Assembly: GCA_012026655.1 (NCBI GenBank)
Contig: JAAILG010001110.1
Coordinates: forward strand, 1 to 64,000
Reading direction: 5' to 3'
Origin: Hydrolagus affinis
Taxonomy: Eukaryota
DNA length: 64,000 nucleotides
How positions within the stretch are numbered: position 1 is the stretch's first letter; every line of letters starts with the position of its first letter. The translations under genes and the position numbers were made by a program. Below, piece by piece: positions 1 to 12,986 of the stretch. The notes under the pieces were generated by a model. The model was not told where the DNA came from, did not search any database, and saw only the letters and a program-made list of their open reading frames with translations.

Positions 1-1364
1 GGAGAAGGATGTTAGTCTCTTAGGGATGATTTTCTGACTATCTTACAAATATGCTTTCACAGTATTGTGCAGTAGTGTACTTGGTATTCTATAATGCACT
101 GCATTTTTTGTGTTTCGACATTTATTGTCTTTATAAACGTGTTGCTTTGAGCGGTTTAATTGCCTTACATTATTATTGTGTCATTTATTGTATGTGACAT
201 TTAAAGGTTAGGTCCATTCTGGAATTATGGATATGTCTGAAGTTCTACAATATTGAAGCATTTATGGTATCACAGACTGAGAATTGTAGAGTTGAATGAT
301 GTATCAGTCCATTTCACTTAATGAAAACCTGCCAGTCTACTTTCACTGACTCCAGTTTATATGACCGATTGAAAATGTATTATTTAAAAATCCATTGCCT
401 TACATCACTTCCAAGTACAAAATTAAAAGCCTTGGCACTTATTGCACTAGTAAGAACAATTACACACAATGAGTCTTATTTGTTTTAAAGAAAGCTCATC
501 TACTTTTAATTCTTATTTAATGCTTCCTTTCTGCGTTTGTCATTGACCTAGAGAAAACCTGATGCTTTTGTGATTTTGTGTTGAGCACTCGCTAGCTGGA
601 GCAAGGAACTGACTTATGTTGAAGTTTCCAATGATGTGACAGTCAAACTGATTTGTGGTGATGCAAAATGCATGAGAACCAGACTATTCTGAAGGAAACT
701 CTTGGGTCAAACTCGTATCATGTTGTAATTTTCCATTGAGGCTCACTTTCAAGCTGTGATTCACAGGAATGGTAGAAGAAATGACATCTAATGCTGTGTA
801 CATACTGCTTTTTTGTACATTGTGCCAAAAGGATAATGACTTATGCCTAAAGATCGTTTCTTCTGGCAGCATGTATTTAAAAAATATCCTTCAATGCTAG
901 CATTACAAGTTCTGTGTGTTGACAGCACATGAGAGCAGCAAGAAAAAACAAGACTCAAAGAGTCAAGCACATAATGACAGCCTGCCATCAAACTAAATAA
1001 AATGTAGGGAATCTCTGGGACTAATACTCAGTTGAATCAATATAATTGGTGGCAGTGAAAGTTTTGAAGTACAGTATTCAGTATAATGATTAGAAATCCA
1101 AATATTTCTTTATTTCTCACAACATAAGCCAGAAATCCCATGTTTATCTCCATTTACTGAGAATACACATCCACCTATGATCCAACTGACAGAGACAGAC
1201 AGAGTCTTAGTTTAATATCTGTTCCAAGGGATAACACTTCTGATAATGCTATGTTCGCTCGGTATGTGCACTAATATTGTGAGCTTGGACTATCAGCTGA
1301 AGTCCTGATTTGGGACTTGAAGGCATAGCTTTCTGAAGTTGAAATAACAGAAGTGTTGCTAACT

Positions 1365-1675
1365 GTCACAGTTGAAGACCTTTCTCTTCGACCGAGCTTT
1401 TGGTCACCTTCCTGCCCCTGCCCCTGGCTCGGTCCCGGGATCCACTACTGTGAAGCGCTCTGAGACCCGGGCCTTCAAGGCAGTTCTCAAGACCTTCCTC
1501 TTCGACCGCGCCTTCGGCTGTCCCACTAACTCTTCCCCCTCTCACACTCTCCTTCCCCTTCCCCCCCCAGCTTACCCCCCACCCCCCGCTTGGGTCCCAA
1601 CCTGACTGTTCAGCACTTTGGGATGTCCTCCCGACATGAAAGGCGCTATATAAGTGCAATTTTGTTGTTGTTGTT
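1365..1675 (+). mobile_element. Two joined L2-type LINE 3' ends
   Basis: LKTFLFDRAFG (ORF2 C-terminus) is encoded twice with two different 3' UTRs. Ends in ...tgaaaggcgctatataa...(TTG)n. Confidence 0.8.
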
Positions 1676-1869
1676 GGTGTTCCTTAATACATTCCTTAAA
1701 TAGGTTAATGATTAGAAATCCCAATATCTAATCCCCAAATATTTAAATTAAGCAATGCTTTAAGCAGTTCAAGAACTTTTATTTTGTTGAATTATCTTGA
1801 AGTGATGTAACCATATAATCATATAAACTAGCAACATTCCAGAAATAGCAGTAAAATAAGTAACTGAAA

Positions 1870-2160
1870 ATAATGGTCCATTTGGTGAATGTGGATGAGG
1901 GATGGATACTGGCTAGGAACTCCCTCTTTGAAATAGTATACTGTACAGGGATCTTTAACGTTCACCTAATCTGATCGAACAGGAAGATGAAACCTTGGTT
2001 TAACTGTTCAACAGTAGGCCAGGGCCTCCTACAATCTCTCAGTACACCACTAGAATACCACTCGAGATTGTGAGCTTGATTCTTGATGGTCAGGATCAAA
2101 CACATATCCTTTTGACCCAGAGGCAATATTGCTACTAATTAAACGAAACTGACGAACTTG
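1870..2160 (-). mobile_element. Old DeuSINE-like SINE
   Basis: Reverse complement has a degenerate tRNA-like head and a ...gttaaagatccc...ctatttcaaagagggagttc segment shared with other copies in the window. Confidence 0.5.
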
Positions 2161-2490
2161 ACCTCATTTGTGGTGTTGCCCTTGCCAGATGTGTAGCTTT
2201 TCCTGAATTCCCCCTGAGAACTGGATTTGGGCTCAGTAATATGTGTTTCATTTGAAAGTCTCATCATCATTAGAGGGTTAAAGTTGACCGTTGTCTTTTA
2301 AGTCTGAAACACATTTGAGCTCCAGTGTGAGAGCTGAAGTGAATTTGCTTTGGTGAAACATCATTCTGGACTCTGCAATGCTGTCTTGTGTACTTATGAA
2401 AGATCTAACCTAAAAGTAGATACTCAGCACTTTTTTTTGTTTAACAAAAATCGATTCTTTAGTTTTCAATTATTTTATTGTCTCTTATTT

Positions 2491-2724
2491 TAATAATATT
2501 AATAACCCTTGAATTTGATGTAGCACTTTTCACGTCTTCTAAATGTCTCAAAGCGCTTTACAGAATGCAGTATACACAAATAGTCGTGGATTTTTTTTGA
2601 GGGATTATTATTAGGCATGTGAAGCAAGGAAACTTGCCCATGATTTCACCCTGACCTGCCTGGATTCTAACACAGATCTCACACTTGTAAGATGAGTGCT
2701 CTAACAACTGAGCTACAGGACTCC
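2491..2724 (-). mobile_element. tRNA-derived SINE, internally deleted
   Basis: Head ggagtcctgtagctcag... (box A), TGGGCAAGTTTCCTT segment, and L2-like tail ending (TTA)n. Confidence 0.85.
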
Positions 2725-2889
2725 ACATAACTACACTTTAATGTGGTTAATTCTAACCCTAACCTTTAACTTCAGACTTGCTCAGAATGTTATCATTCTA
2801 GTCATCGACTAGGCTACCAGGTATTGCCTACCTCAACTTTTTATATTAGAGTGTCTTAGTCTGTTGGATAACATAATAATAATATAATT

Positions 2890-3193
2890 ATAATTGCCAG
2901 CAAAAGCTTTCAAAAGATTTCAAAATACCTGTACATACAGTAATAGATTTTTTTCTGATGCCCGACAAATTTCCCGGGTTCAGAACAGCTGCTTGCAGTT
3001 CAAACTTGTGCCTCTCTGTCATCCTGGCTGTGGGTGGAGATCGGCCATTGTTTAGCTTCAGGGCTGTGATACAGCACACATGGTGCATGGGGCGAGGCTT
3101 CCCCAGCCATTTCTAGAGGTTCTAAATACCAGCAAACTCCAAAATCTGGGAGGTGAGTGAGCCCAACAGTGCCAGATTATCGAGGTTTCACTG
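2890..3193 (-). mobile_element. Tigger/pogo-like non-autonomous DNA transposon fragment
   Basis: Terminus ...gaggtttcactg|TA. Clearly homologous, in inverted orientation, to 41830-42150 over about 260 bp. Confidence 0.7.
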
Positions 3194-3452
3194 TATAGTG
3201 CTTTCCATATCTTCTGGACGTCTCAAAGCACTTTGCAGAATACACTTTAAAGTGAATTGACTGTAGATTTGTGGGCAGCCAATTGCGCACAGTAGTGTCC
3301 CACAAACAGTCCAGGATTGAAATGAACAATTTATTATTAAAAAAAATTCTTGAGGGATGATTATCAGGCATATGGAGTTAGGAAACTTGCCCAAGGTTTC
3401 GCCCTGTTGGGAATCTAACTCAGCTCTTTTGCTTGCAAGTCGAGTGCCTCAG
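3194..3452 (-). mobile_element. tRNA/CORE/Deu SINE copy
   Basis: Matches the window's dominant SINE (ctgtttgtgggacactgctgtgcgcaattggctgcc core, L2 tail). Confidence 0.85.
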
Positions 3453-4083
3453 TAATACTGTCTCAGTTATAATCATTCAAGTTGATTTATTCCAAAGATG
3501 AAATTGTGTTGTTAATTATAACATGAACAGTACATTTGCAAATTTTCAGCTCCAGTACAAGACCTGATTTATTTTTATAAAAGCTTTTATATTTCAACTT
3601 ACTCCAATTAGATGTACAACATTGTAAGTCTTCCAAAACCACATTTGTGATAATTTGCTTGTACTGTACTTAGTGTTCTGATCACATTGCCTAGATGGAA
3701 TATCAGAGGCAACACAAGTGAGGAACACAATTTCCTTTTCATAAAAGAATTCCCTATTATACTTTAAAAATACAGTAGTAAATGACTCCGATCCATGTCT
3801 TTGCAAAAACATTTTGAGTCTCATCTCCAACATGTTGGTAATTGCCTGCGTTTCAGAAGCATCACCATGCTTGTGTGGGGGGTGGGGAGAAATGTATATT
3901 TTACGGAGACTTCTGTTGTCTATAAATTGTCATTAATGTGAATTCATATAAAGCAATTGTATTCATAGTTCCACATAATCATTTTTGCGCAAGTGATTGC
4001 AGCTAATTTGCATTTATTATCTTACAATGTGTAAATTGGCACCATATGGGCTGTTTAAAGGTACTGAGGATAAATAGACATTT

Positions 4084-4235
4084 ACATAAGAACATAAGAA
4101 TAAGGAGCAGGAGTAGGCCATTCAGCCCCTCGAGTCTGTCCCGCCAATCAATAAACTCATGGCTGATCTTCTAATCTAACTCCAGCTGCCCGCTTTATCC
4201 CCATATCCCTTAATCCTTTCAGTTGCTTTGTTTTG
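4084..4235 (-). mobile_element. CR1-type LINE 3' end
   Basis: acataagaacataagaa 8-mer tail followed by ggagcaggagtaggccattcagcccctcgag, typical of a CR1 3' UTR on the reverse strand. Confidence 0.75.
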
Positions 4236-5194
4236 ATAAAAAAACAAATGGAATCATGCAAGGCAATCAACTTCTCTAGATGTTTTGAGTTCCCCGTGTC
4301 TGTTCTCCTCACCTTTATGTTACATACTACAACAACCAAACAACAACAAAATTACATTTATGGATCGCCTTTCACGTCGGGAGGACGTCCCAAGTCACTG
4401 GCACTATTACATGGATGAACATGTGACTTGTTACTGGATGCCCCCACATGTCCCAATTGCTAGCTGGTGACTACCCCTTGTTTTGTTTTTCCCCTTACCA
4501 AGTGGAATAGGGCTTGACCTCCGCTAGATGCATCCCCTCAATGGCATGTGTGATATTGAAAATTCACTGTGGTAGACAGAATGAGGATGTTCTTGTATCT
4601 ATCCACCTTTCTCTAACAGAGACCATTGACTGTCCTTTGTGCTGTGTCACTCGCTCCAAGTTGAAACCCATTAGCTGAAACATTTTCAGATATTAAGTAA
4701 CAATCTCTCTTTTGAGTTACTTGTAAGTAAAACAGTATCAGAGAGAAATGATATTCAGACTTCAATACAAACAAAACTATAAACAATCTGGTGCCACAAA
4801 TACAAATGTTATTGGGCATCTGAAAAGATATTACAGTCAAGCATGAATTAGATCAACTGTTTTGAGCTGCTCTTTTATGTAAGCCACTGTGATGATATGC
4901 TGTGGAATCTCAATTACTTTTAGGTAGCAGGTTAAATGTATACAATTCTCTACTGATATCACTGGAGAACCATTTGAGATTTTCACTGCCATTATATGTT
5001 GGAAGGGGTGGAAAAAAGATTGCATTTACATTCATCTATGTTAAATAAATCCAAATTGTATTATTCATAGTCAATAATATTGTCACACGTGCTATACCGA
5101 AAGGACAAGCAATAATTGATCTTGTCCATTGAATGGTTTCTACATCAAAAAGATTGGATTGCTTTCTTATATGCATTTTTGTTTCATTTTCTAG

Positions 5195-5289
5195 CCAACA
5201 AGCCCCAAATTTGGAAAGGCTGACTCTTATGAAAAATTGGAAAAGCTCGGAGAAGGCTCCTATGCCACGGTATATAAAGGCAAGAGCAA
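5195..5289 (+). CDS. CDK14: CDK14 internal coding exon (Gly-rich loop): [31 protein letters not shown](K)
   Basis: Pyrimidine tract plus AG at 5193-5194 and donor AA|GTAAGT at 5290. 95 nt, phase 0 to 2. Contains the [10 protein letters not shown] motif; FGKADSYEK matches CDK14 rather than CDK15 as I recall them. Confidence 0.97.
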
Positions 5290-5374
5290 GTAAGTGTTGT
5301 AATTTTTAAAGAAAATTTGAGCAATGTCATTTAGTCATCCTTAATAATATTAAAAAGCAATTTGGAGTTCTGGC

Positions 5375-5540
5375 ATGGATGCTAGATCCATTCAGACATT
5401 AAAATTTTCAAGACGGGGTAGATAGATTTCTGTTATATAAGGGATAATGGGCAAGGAGTTGAGATGCAGATCAGCCGTGATCTTATAGAATGGTGGAACA
5501 GTCTTGAAGTCCTGAATTGCCTATTCCTATGTTCCTATGC
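5375..5540 (+). mobile_element. CR1-type LINE 3' end
   Basis: ttcaagac..gtagatagatttctg ... gatcagccgtgatctt..gaatggtggaacag ... cctattcctatgttcctatg tail. Confidence 0.7.
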
Positions 5541-7394
5541 TACTGTTTTAGCTGAGCTTACTATACTTTGGAGGTCTCAGCTTCAATTCTGGTTAAAAGT
5601 CATTATTTCAAAAGGTGGGAGAAGGGTGATATAGCATGATCTATCTGGAGCAAGCAAATTGCCTTCTCTTGGCTATGTACATGGTGTGGTTATGGGATGA
5701 CTATGAAATTGGAAGAGGAAGGAAAAAACAAATCAACAACTGTGAGTCTGGTCTCCATAACAGCCTGATAATAATGCTGTGCATCATAGTGATGGGGAGC
5801 ATGGGCTGTTACAGACTGTAGAATAACAGCTATGGCTGTGATTGTCCCAAGTTCCTGATTTCTGGCATATTGTCAGGGGAAAGTTCTGCGATAGTAAGTG
5901 TTTCCCTCATGTGCAGGGGAGGTTTTGGCTGATTTGATTGTACAAGCCTCCTGGTGATGAACTCAAAGTGGCAGATGGACAGGTGCAGACAACTGTCCTC
6001 TCTCACTCAGCGTTTAAGAAAGTTTAACAAAGTGGGACCAGAAATATTAGAAAAATACAATACAGTATAATTTCCAATTGCTAGATCATTTTAATCATTT
6101 TCAAGATTGTTGTGATTAACAGCTCATAACTTACACATGGCAGGCTAAGACATGCTAAACAATTTTTTTTTTTTAGAAATTTAAAGCATAGAACAAGGCT
6201 ACACGGCTACTTATTTTCATTTTACAAATGATAAAATGTTGAGGAGCAATTAATTGAAAGTAAGAACAAAACAGCCAATTACTTTTGAGCTCATTATCAG
6301 AGAGCAGATTGCTCCAAAGAGAAAAAAAATTGCATTCCAAAAAAACAAGTGTAGTTTTGCCGATGGGAATTACATGTTATATAATTGGTGAGTTCCTTTT
6401 GGGCAAAGTTGGATCTAGCCCTTGAAAGTGAAGCAAGTGTAACTAAAAGCAAGTTATTTGATGCTGAAGTTAGTGTGGCGACAGCAAATGGATGAATAGA
6501 ATTGTATGAGCTGTAACGTGCTTGCAGTCCTTTGAATTGAGCAACCAATCAGTGTATATAAAGGAAACTGAGATGAAGGAATTGAGTTTTACATTTGTTG
6601 CTCAACTGAAGGGCTGAGAACCAGACATGATTAGCTGTTTGGGAATGAACAATTTTCTTGGTGGAACACTGGGAAATGAGACTCGCGTACTAGCATTCAG
6701 CTGGTTTAATCAGCAAGGGATTTTATGTGACCAAACTGGGAAATTGTGAACAGGTTTCATTTTTCTGTGATTGACTGAGGTGTTGAATGTACAAATAAAT
6801 GCTGTAGGCGATGACAAAGCAGAACACACTACCGATCATTTAATTTTCTATTTTCGCACCTCATATTTTTAAATTCACAGGTAAAGGAAATGCTAACGGG
6901 TGATTTCAGTAATAGTTTCTGAAATGTATTCTTAGCAAGAATAATAGAATGTGTAATAACACTGTGATTTCTTAAATTATAAGTTGTTACTCTTGAAAAT
7001 ACAACTTTTATGAAAACACTCTTTAATTACAACTGACACATTATCATTTGTGTCCATGAAAGTGCATCATATTTGGATATTTACAGCTGAATAATGGTTT
7101 CTCAGAATACATTGCACTGGGTTGAAATAATCTGTGTGACACTGATATGATAATTCTGTGGTGCATTGTTATTTAGGCACATTTTGAGTTTCACAGTGCT
7201 AATGTTCGGTAAGATTTTGCTATTTTCACTTACACATGTGCATGTTGCCAAGAACGAAACAAAAGCAATTTTTTCCAGGGGAAATTATAAATATTTAGAG
7301 GATTCATTTGTAGATAATTTAACCAAACTAAGAGCTTAACTCCTTCAGTTGCTGAATTTAGCTCCCTATCATCCATAAAATACAGCTAATCCAA

Positions 7395-7830
7395 GACCTT
7401 GCCGTTTGCATCTTCATCTGTGCCAACCTCCACACGCCCATCTCCCCAGTGTTTGCCAGGTTCCACTGGCTCCCAGGCTCCCAACTGATTGACTTCAAGA
7501 TCCTCACCTATAAATCTCATGATGCCCTACTCATTTGATCTTCTCCTTCCCTACTCCTCTGCTCAATCCCTCTGTGCCACCGTCAGTGGTTGAACCGTCA
7601 ATGTCTATGGTCCTAATGTCTGGAGCTTACTCCCTCCACTCATTCATCTTGCCCCTTTAATCTCTGTTTAAAATCTACCTCTTCAGCTGTGCCTAGGTTT
7701 ATCTCTCCCTTTCAGTGTCCCCTTTTCCCTTCTCCTGGGCTTGACATTTGATCCCATCGTTGAAAAGCTCTCCAAGATATTATCTTACATGAAGGCACTA
7801 TATACAGTAATTGCATGTTGTTGTTTTTGT
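7395..7830 (+). mobile_element. Old L2 LINE 3' fragment
   Basis: Degenerate HWLP...IDFKIL coding remnant and tail tgaaggcactata...gttgttg. Confidence 0.7.
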
Positions 7831-8249
7831 TAAATTTATGGCCCAGATAGAATAAATAGCAGTTACTTTACACAATATTGTTTACATTGTAGCTTGAGTG
7901 CTGGTTGACATTACTGCACTTAACCTTCTTCCTGAGGATAGAACTTTTAAGAGCTTAAAAGACTCATGTAAACAAATATTTTTCTTTAAATTGACTTCAT
8001 GCATGTCTTTAGCTTTGGAAAGATTAATGGAGAAGACTAGCATTTTAAAAGCACAATCTGCCAAAGTTCAGTGATACTGAACCAAAAAACAATTTATCTT
8101 GACTAGGAGTGACTTGAAACAATTTTTGTCTTTGGAGGTGGTGACCTGAAAATAAATAATTTACTATAGTGTCACTATCATTTGTGTTGAAAATACTATG
8201 CCTTGTTTTGTACAGTATGGATATCAGCAGACTAGAAAACTGCAGCGTG

Positions 8250-8465
8250 TTATGTGTTTAATCCACTCTGTGACAGGGAGCCAGTGCAGTTTGGCAAGGA
8301 CTGGGGTAATTGGGGCATGACGTTTGGAGCGGGTGAGAATGCGGGCGGCAGAGTTTTGGATGAGCTGAATTTTGTGAATGTTGGATAAGGGGAAACTGGC
8401 GAGGAGGGTGATGGAGTAGTCCGGACAAGAGGTGACAAAGCCATGGATTTTGGCAGCTTCAAGGG
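8250..8465 (-). mobile_element. L2 LINE ORF2 fragment
   Basis: Translation KIQLIQNSAARILTRSKRHAPITPVLAKLHWLPV is the typical L2 ORF2 C-terminal region. Confidence 0.85.
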
Positions 8466-10025
8466 GATTTGGCTGAGTGCAGAATTTCAAAGCAAAAGTG
8501 ATGAAGGGGAATCTATTTAAATGAACATATTTTGTTGCGTGCAGATAGAGAAAGGAAAGCAGGTGGTATATGAAAAATAGCACAGTTGTTTTGACAGAAA
8601 CAACTGTAAGCAAACCTTACAGTTCTTTATGGTTCCATTTCTGAGTTCCCACCAATGAAAAGAATGCTGTATTTCATCTGAGGGAATCTCATCCGAGTGT
8701 AATTATAGTGTTCACTTTGTGGCCTAGTGCTGTGTGCAGTCATTTTTCAGGGAAGGGAAAAGAAAACAATTGTTTAATGAAACTCCGCTCTGTCACCTTT
8801 CTCAATGGCTAGTTATGGAACAGTTATGTGGGACATTCTCGGTTTGAAAAATGTGGATGACCTAAATCTAGGGAGATGGGATAATAACCGGTTCCTCTGA
8901 CTGCACTCATGCTTTGAACTGGATAACAGGATGTTCTGGAGCTCTGAGGAATGTGTGACATTTTGAAATTAATTTTCTTTTTGACAAATTTCAGTTTCCA
9001 TTCACCATGTTCTGGGGAATGGTGCAAGATCTAAATTGCTGAACCAGTGGTTTTGCAGTTTACACATTACAGCATTTGCTGGATCCACAACATAGTGAAT
9101 CAACAAATAGACCCAAATAGCCGTATAACCAATGGGCATTCTGAGGAAATGAAAGCTGTGCTCTATGCTTTCTGGAACTGTTTGATATATACACATTTTG
9201 ATATGACTTTTCCTAAGGTTTTTGGTTTGGTGGGAACATATTATTTCACGACTTTCCTCCGGGGTACATTACATTGGATGCATTTGAGGATTATTTAACT
9301 CATGCTCTTGACAATCCAGAGTTGAATGGTCAAGTGAGGAAAAGCTGACCATCTTGGTGAGATTTCAAGTGGTTATAGATATAGTAGGAAAGAGTTACTT
9401 ATTATTTATTTTTGTTGTCCAATGTGCTGAAAGTTAACTAAGGACAAATCTGCTTCCACAAAATAACCTCACAGGAATAAGTCAGTTTACTGGCTGGTGG
9501 GTTAGACATTCAAACACTTTACTGCCTATTGCATATGTGTACTGTATGTATATTGCAAAACGCTCCAAAATGTTATTCCACATGAAGGGTGCTATATAAA
9601 GTCGGGCTGCTTGTTGTTATAAGTGGACCTAATCTCCTAGTCTGTGGGGATAAACTGAATAAGTGATGGAACATTGTACAGTATTTTCTTATGGATTATT
9701 TCCTCAATTAAATACAGATTCTATACTTGAATAATCCACAAGAATCAGATCACCTTCTCTCCCAAGGTTGGGATTCTCCCAGTGTCAATGTTACCTTGTA
9801 TCTTTGTGCTAATTGAAACATTGTGTTGTATTTTATTTGTGCCTGGAATAAAGTTGAACAGTCAAAAAGAAAGCTTTTGATGATAAACCTTGGTAAAGTT
9901 TTGGTGTGATTAAAAACTACAATACAGTATATTTGTTTATTGAGAGATACACTTTACTTACTGATCAATTCTGTGTTTTGTTGAGGACTGAAAACAAATG
10001 ATTCATTTTTATTTTCTTAAACTAG

Positions 10026-10105
10026 GGTGAATGGGAAGTTGGTAGCCCTGAAGGTTATCAGATTGCAAGAAGAGGAAGGAACTCCATTCACAGCCATCAG
10101 GGAAG
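10026..10105 (+). CDS. CDK14: CDK14 internal coding exon: VNGKLVALKVIRLQEEEGTPFTAIRE (catalytic Lys and PFTAIRE helix)
   Basis: Acceptor ...ttttcttaaactAG and donor AAG|GTATTG. 80 nt, phase 2 to 1, in frame with the previous exon. Diagnostic PFTAIRE motif. Confidence 0.98.
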
Positions 10106-11923
10106 GTATTGTATTATAGTATATAGAACAATACAGAATTGTTTGTCTTTAAATATATCATTTCAAAGAGAAGTACAGTACTTGTAATATTGTTTGAGAT
10201 GGTTGCTTTCTGTGCAGTCCATTGTGCTAATTATCAATGCAATATGTCTGCTTCACCTGCACTTGGAGATGTCTTTTAATGTTCAGGGAAGAGCCCTCAA
10301 CTAAGGGTCAAAAGTATGAGGCAATTTTGAAAAACTCACAAGGTTAGTAAGAAACCAGGGAAAGCATTTCCCCGCTCCTTGGTGAGACAGAGTAAGGAAC
10401 TGAAGCAAGCACCAGACTCTTAAAACAAATTCCTATTCAATCTGGTTCATTTTTACTTGCGCTACATTTGCAGGAAGCATATAATGTCATGCTCCAGGCT
10501 GGCTCAGTTGGTTGCAGTCTTCCCTCTGGGTCTGAAGGTTATGAGTTCAAGCCCTACATCAGAACTCATAATCTAAGCTAAATCTTGAGGAGTTAAAATT
10601 TTGAGCCAATGCCCAACATTTATTGGGTGCAATCTCCCTAAATATTTTGTTGGTCTACATTTTCAGTAACAATAGTGAACAGAGACACCAAGGCCCTATT
10701 TTGTAAACTGCACAAGGCTCACTCCTAAAAGCAGCATCAGCCAATGGCTTATTGTCCTATGGCCCATGACAAATTCATGCACTCTTATTTGTTGTGATAC
10801 AATTTCTCTCTTCATGTTAGCTTCTTTGTAGTCTCAAAAAGACAGCCTCAGCAAGGTTGATTGCTCCTGGGATAATTCCTACAACTCTTTGTAAAAAGAA
10901 TATATATTTTTATATAGAAGTGAAAGCATTTATTCTAAGCAGCTTTGTAAATGTCATAAAGACACCATCTATCAATTTCTAATGACAAAGATACTAAGCT
11001 CCCCTTTCTCAACAATGGTACTCATCACCAACTTTGTACAAAGAATAACAATACAGAAGTAAAAACATCTGCGGATTCCACTTCTTTATTTGCAACCCTT
11101 TTCGACACGGTGCATTTGCTGATGTGGGTGAAACACTTATTTATTTGTGTGTACCTGCTGAACTAGAAATGACTAATTCAACTTAACAATAGAAATCATG
11201 TAATATTAAAGATATAAGCGTCCACCGAGGTTGGGAGGTGTGAGGAGGTCAATGATATATTCTCAGAGATGAGCGATCTTCAAAGTGACCTGTGTGGCAA
11301 TAGAACTTTGGTGAACTGTTGGTCTTGGTAGCCAGTTTCTGAGTCAGGCAGGTCTGTAGTACTCCAGGGCATTATTGATAAGACCCTTCAGTCTGGCCCA
11401 TTTGCAGGACCTGGAGGGCAGACTATGTCATGGCGAGCAGACTGGGACCTGGAGAATAGTGATTCTTGCCAATTAGCCCATGTTAACCCTGCAAACCAAA
11501 TCTCCAACACGTCGGATGGATCCAGTCGGAAAAGCTGTGGGATGCATGTCAAAGTTATCAATGATTAGTGGTTCTAGCTGGTTAAACTGCCATTGTATTC
11601 TACCTCACTTTCTGGGATCCTGAGCCTCGGCTCTGTCCATCTTAATACTCTGGTATTTGGTAAGCAGGGTGGTCCCTTGATGGAGAGAATGCCCATTCCA
11701 CTCCAGACACAGGAAATTGACATGTGTACATATACAGTACTCTCAGTCTAGTTTGGATGATTTTAAGCATGATAATGGAATCTACATGTATTAGACATTT
11801 GGATGGCAAAAAAGTGCATCCCAAGCAGAATTAATTACCCAGATCATCATTCTTTCTATACTTTCTATAGTTCAACTAATCCCAAAGCATTTATTCATTG
11901 TTGTTGTTTGTTGTTGTCCTTAT

Positions 11924-12525
11924 CAACAACAACTTCAATTTATATAGCGCCCTCCACGCCGGACGGCGACTCAGAGCGCTTTACAATAGTGGATCCCGGG
12001 ACCGAGCCAGGGGGGAGCGGCAGAAAGGTGACCAAAAGCGCGGTCGAAGAGAAACGTCTTCAGCTGTGACCTGAAACTGGGAAGAGAGGGGGCGAGGCGA
12101 AGGGAGTGAGGAAGGGAGTTCCAGAGCCTTCGGGGCATAGTGGCTGAAGGCACGGCCGCCAAGGGTGGAGCGGAGGACTCGGGGGACATGGAGGAGGCCA
12201 GACCCAGTGGAGCAAAGGCAGTGGGTGCTGGGTTGGGGGGAGAGGAGGTCAGAGAGATAGGTGGATGCAGAGGAGTGGAGGGATTTGAAAACAAGGGTGA
12301 AGATCTTGAAGTCGACCCTCTCTGGGATAGGGAGCCAGTGAAGTCTGGCAAGGATTGGGGTAATGGGGGAGCGGGTGAGTATGCGGGTGGCAGAGTTCTG
12401 GATTAGCTGGAATTTGTGGATTGTGCTGGAGGGGAGACCGGAAAGGAGGGCGTTGCAATAGTCCAGCCGAGAGGTGACAAAGGCGTAGACCAAGGTTTCA
12501 GCTGCTTTTGAGGTGAGGTATTGCT
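11924..12525 (-). mobile_element. Relatively young 5'-truncated L2 LINE
   Basis: AFVTSRLDYCNALLSGLP...LQLIQNS..RIL...ITPILARLHWLPIPERVDFKI...LGGRAFS; CpG-rich; intact tail ending (TTG)n. Confidence 0.92.
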
Positions 12526-12807
12526 GGGGATGATATGAAATGATATTTTCATTTAAACCACAAGCACGTGGGCTATTCCTATGTCTGTCTGGATTATAAT
12601 TGGCTGCCAAGAACTGTGCAAGGCCATCACAGCAATGCTGCTCTTTTTTATTTAGCCTCTTACACAAGGGAAGTGCTTTGCCCATTTATGTTTTCCTTCG
12701 ACAATTTAACTTGGACCAGGAATTTTCTGCTATCCTGGTATAAGAATCTGCATCTATAGTACTCTGGTGTGTTACAGCATGAAACCATCTCAGTCAACAG
12801 TACTCTT

Positions 12808-12986
12808 ATAAATTGGTCATTTAAATCCATGACTGTTTGTGGGACACTGCTGTGCGCAATTGGCTGCCGCGTTTTGCCCACAAATATGCAGTTAATTCGC
12901 GTTACAGTATATTCTGTGAAGCGATTTAAGACATCTAGAAGACATGAAAAGTGCTATATCCAATGCAAGGATTATTATTATTATTA
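12808..12986 (+). mobile_element. SINE 3' half (Deu segment plus L2 tail)
   Basis: aaattggtcattt...gtgcgcaattggctgcc...gtgctatatccaatgcaagg(ATT)n. Confidence 0.85.

Noticed and set aside
11200-11640. GC-richer block that looks coding
   Set aside because: No sustained ORF or convincing splice pair, and I cannot assign it; probably an old repeat remnant.
11981-12685. 234-aa ORF, the longest in the track
   Set aside because: It is the C-terminal part of a 5'-truncated L2 ORF2 fused to random upstream sequence, not a host gene.
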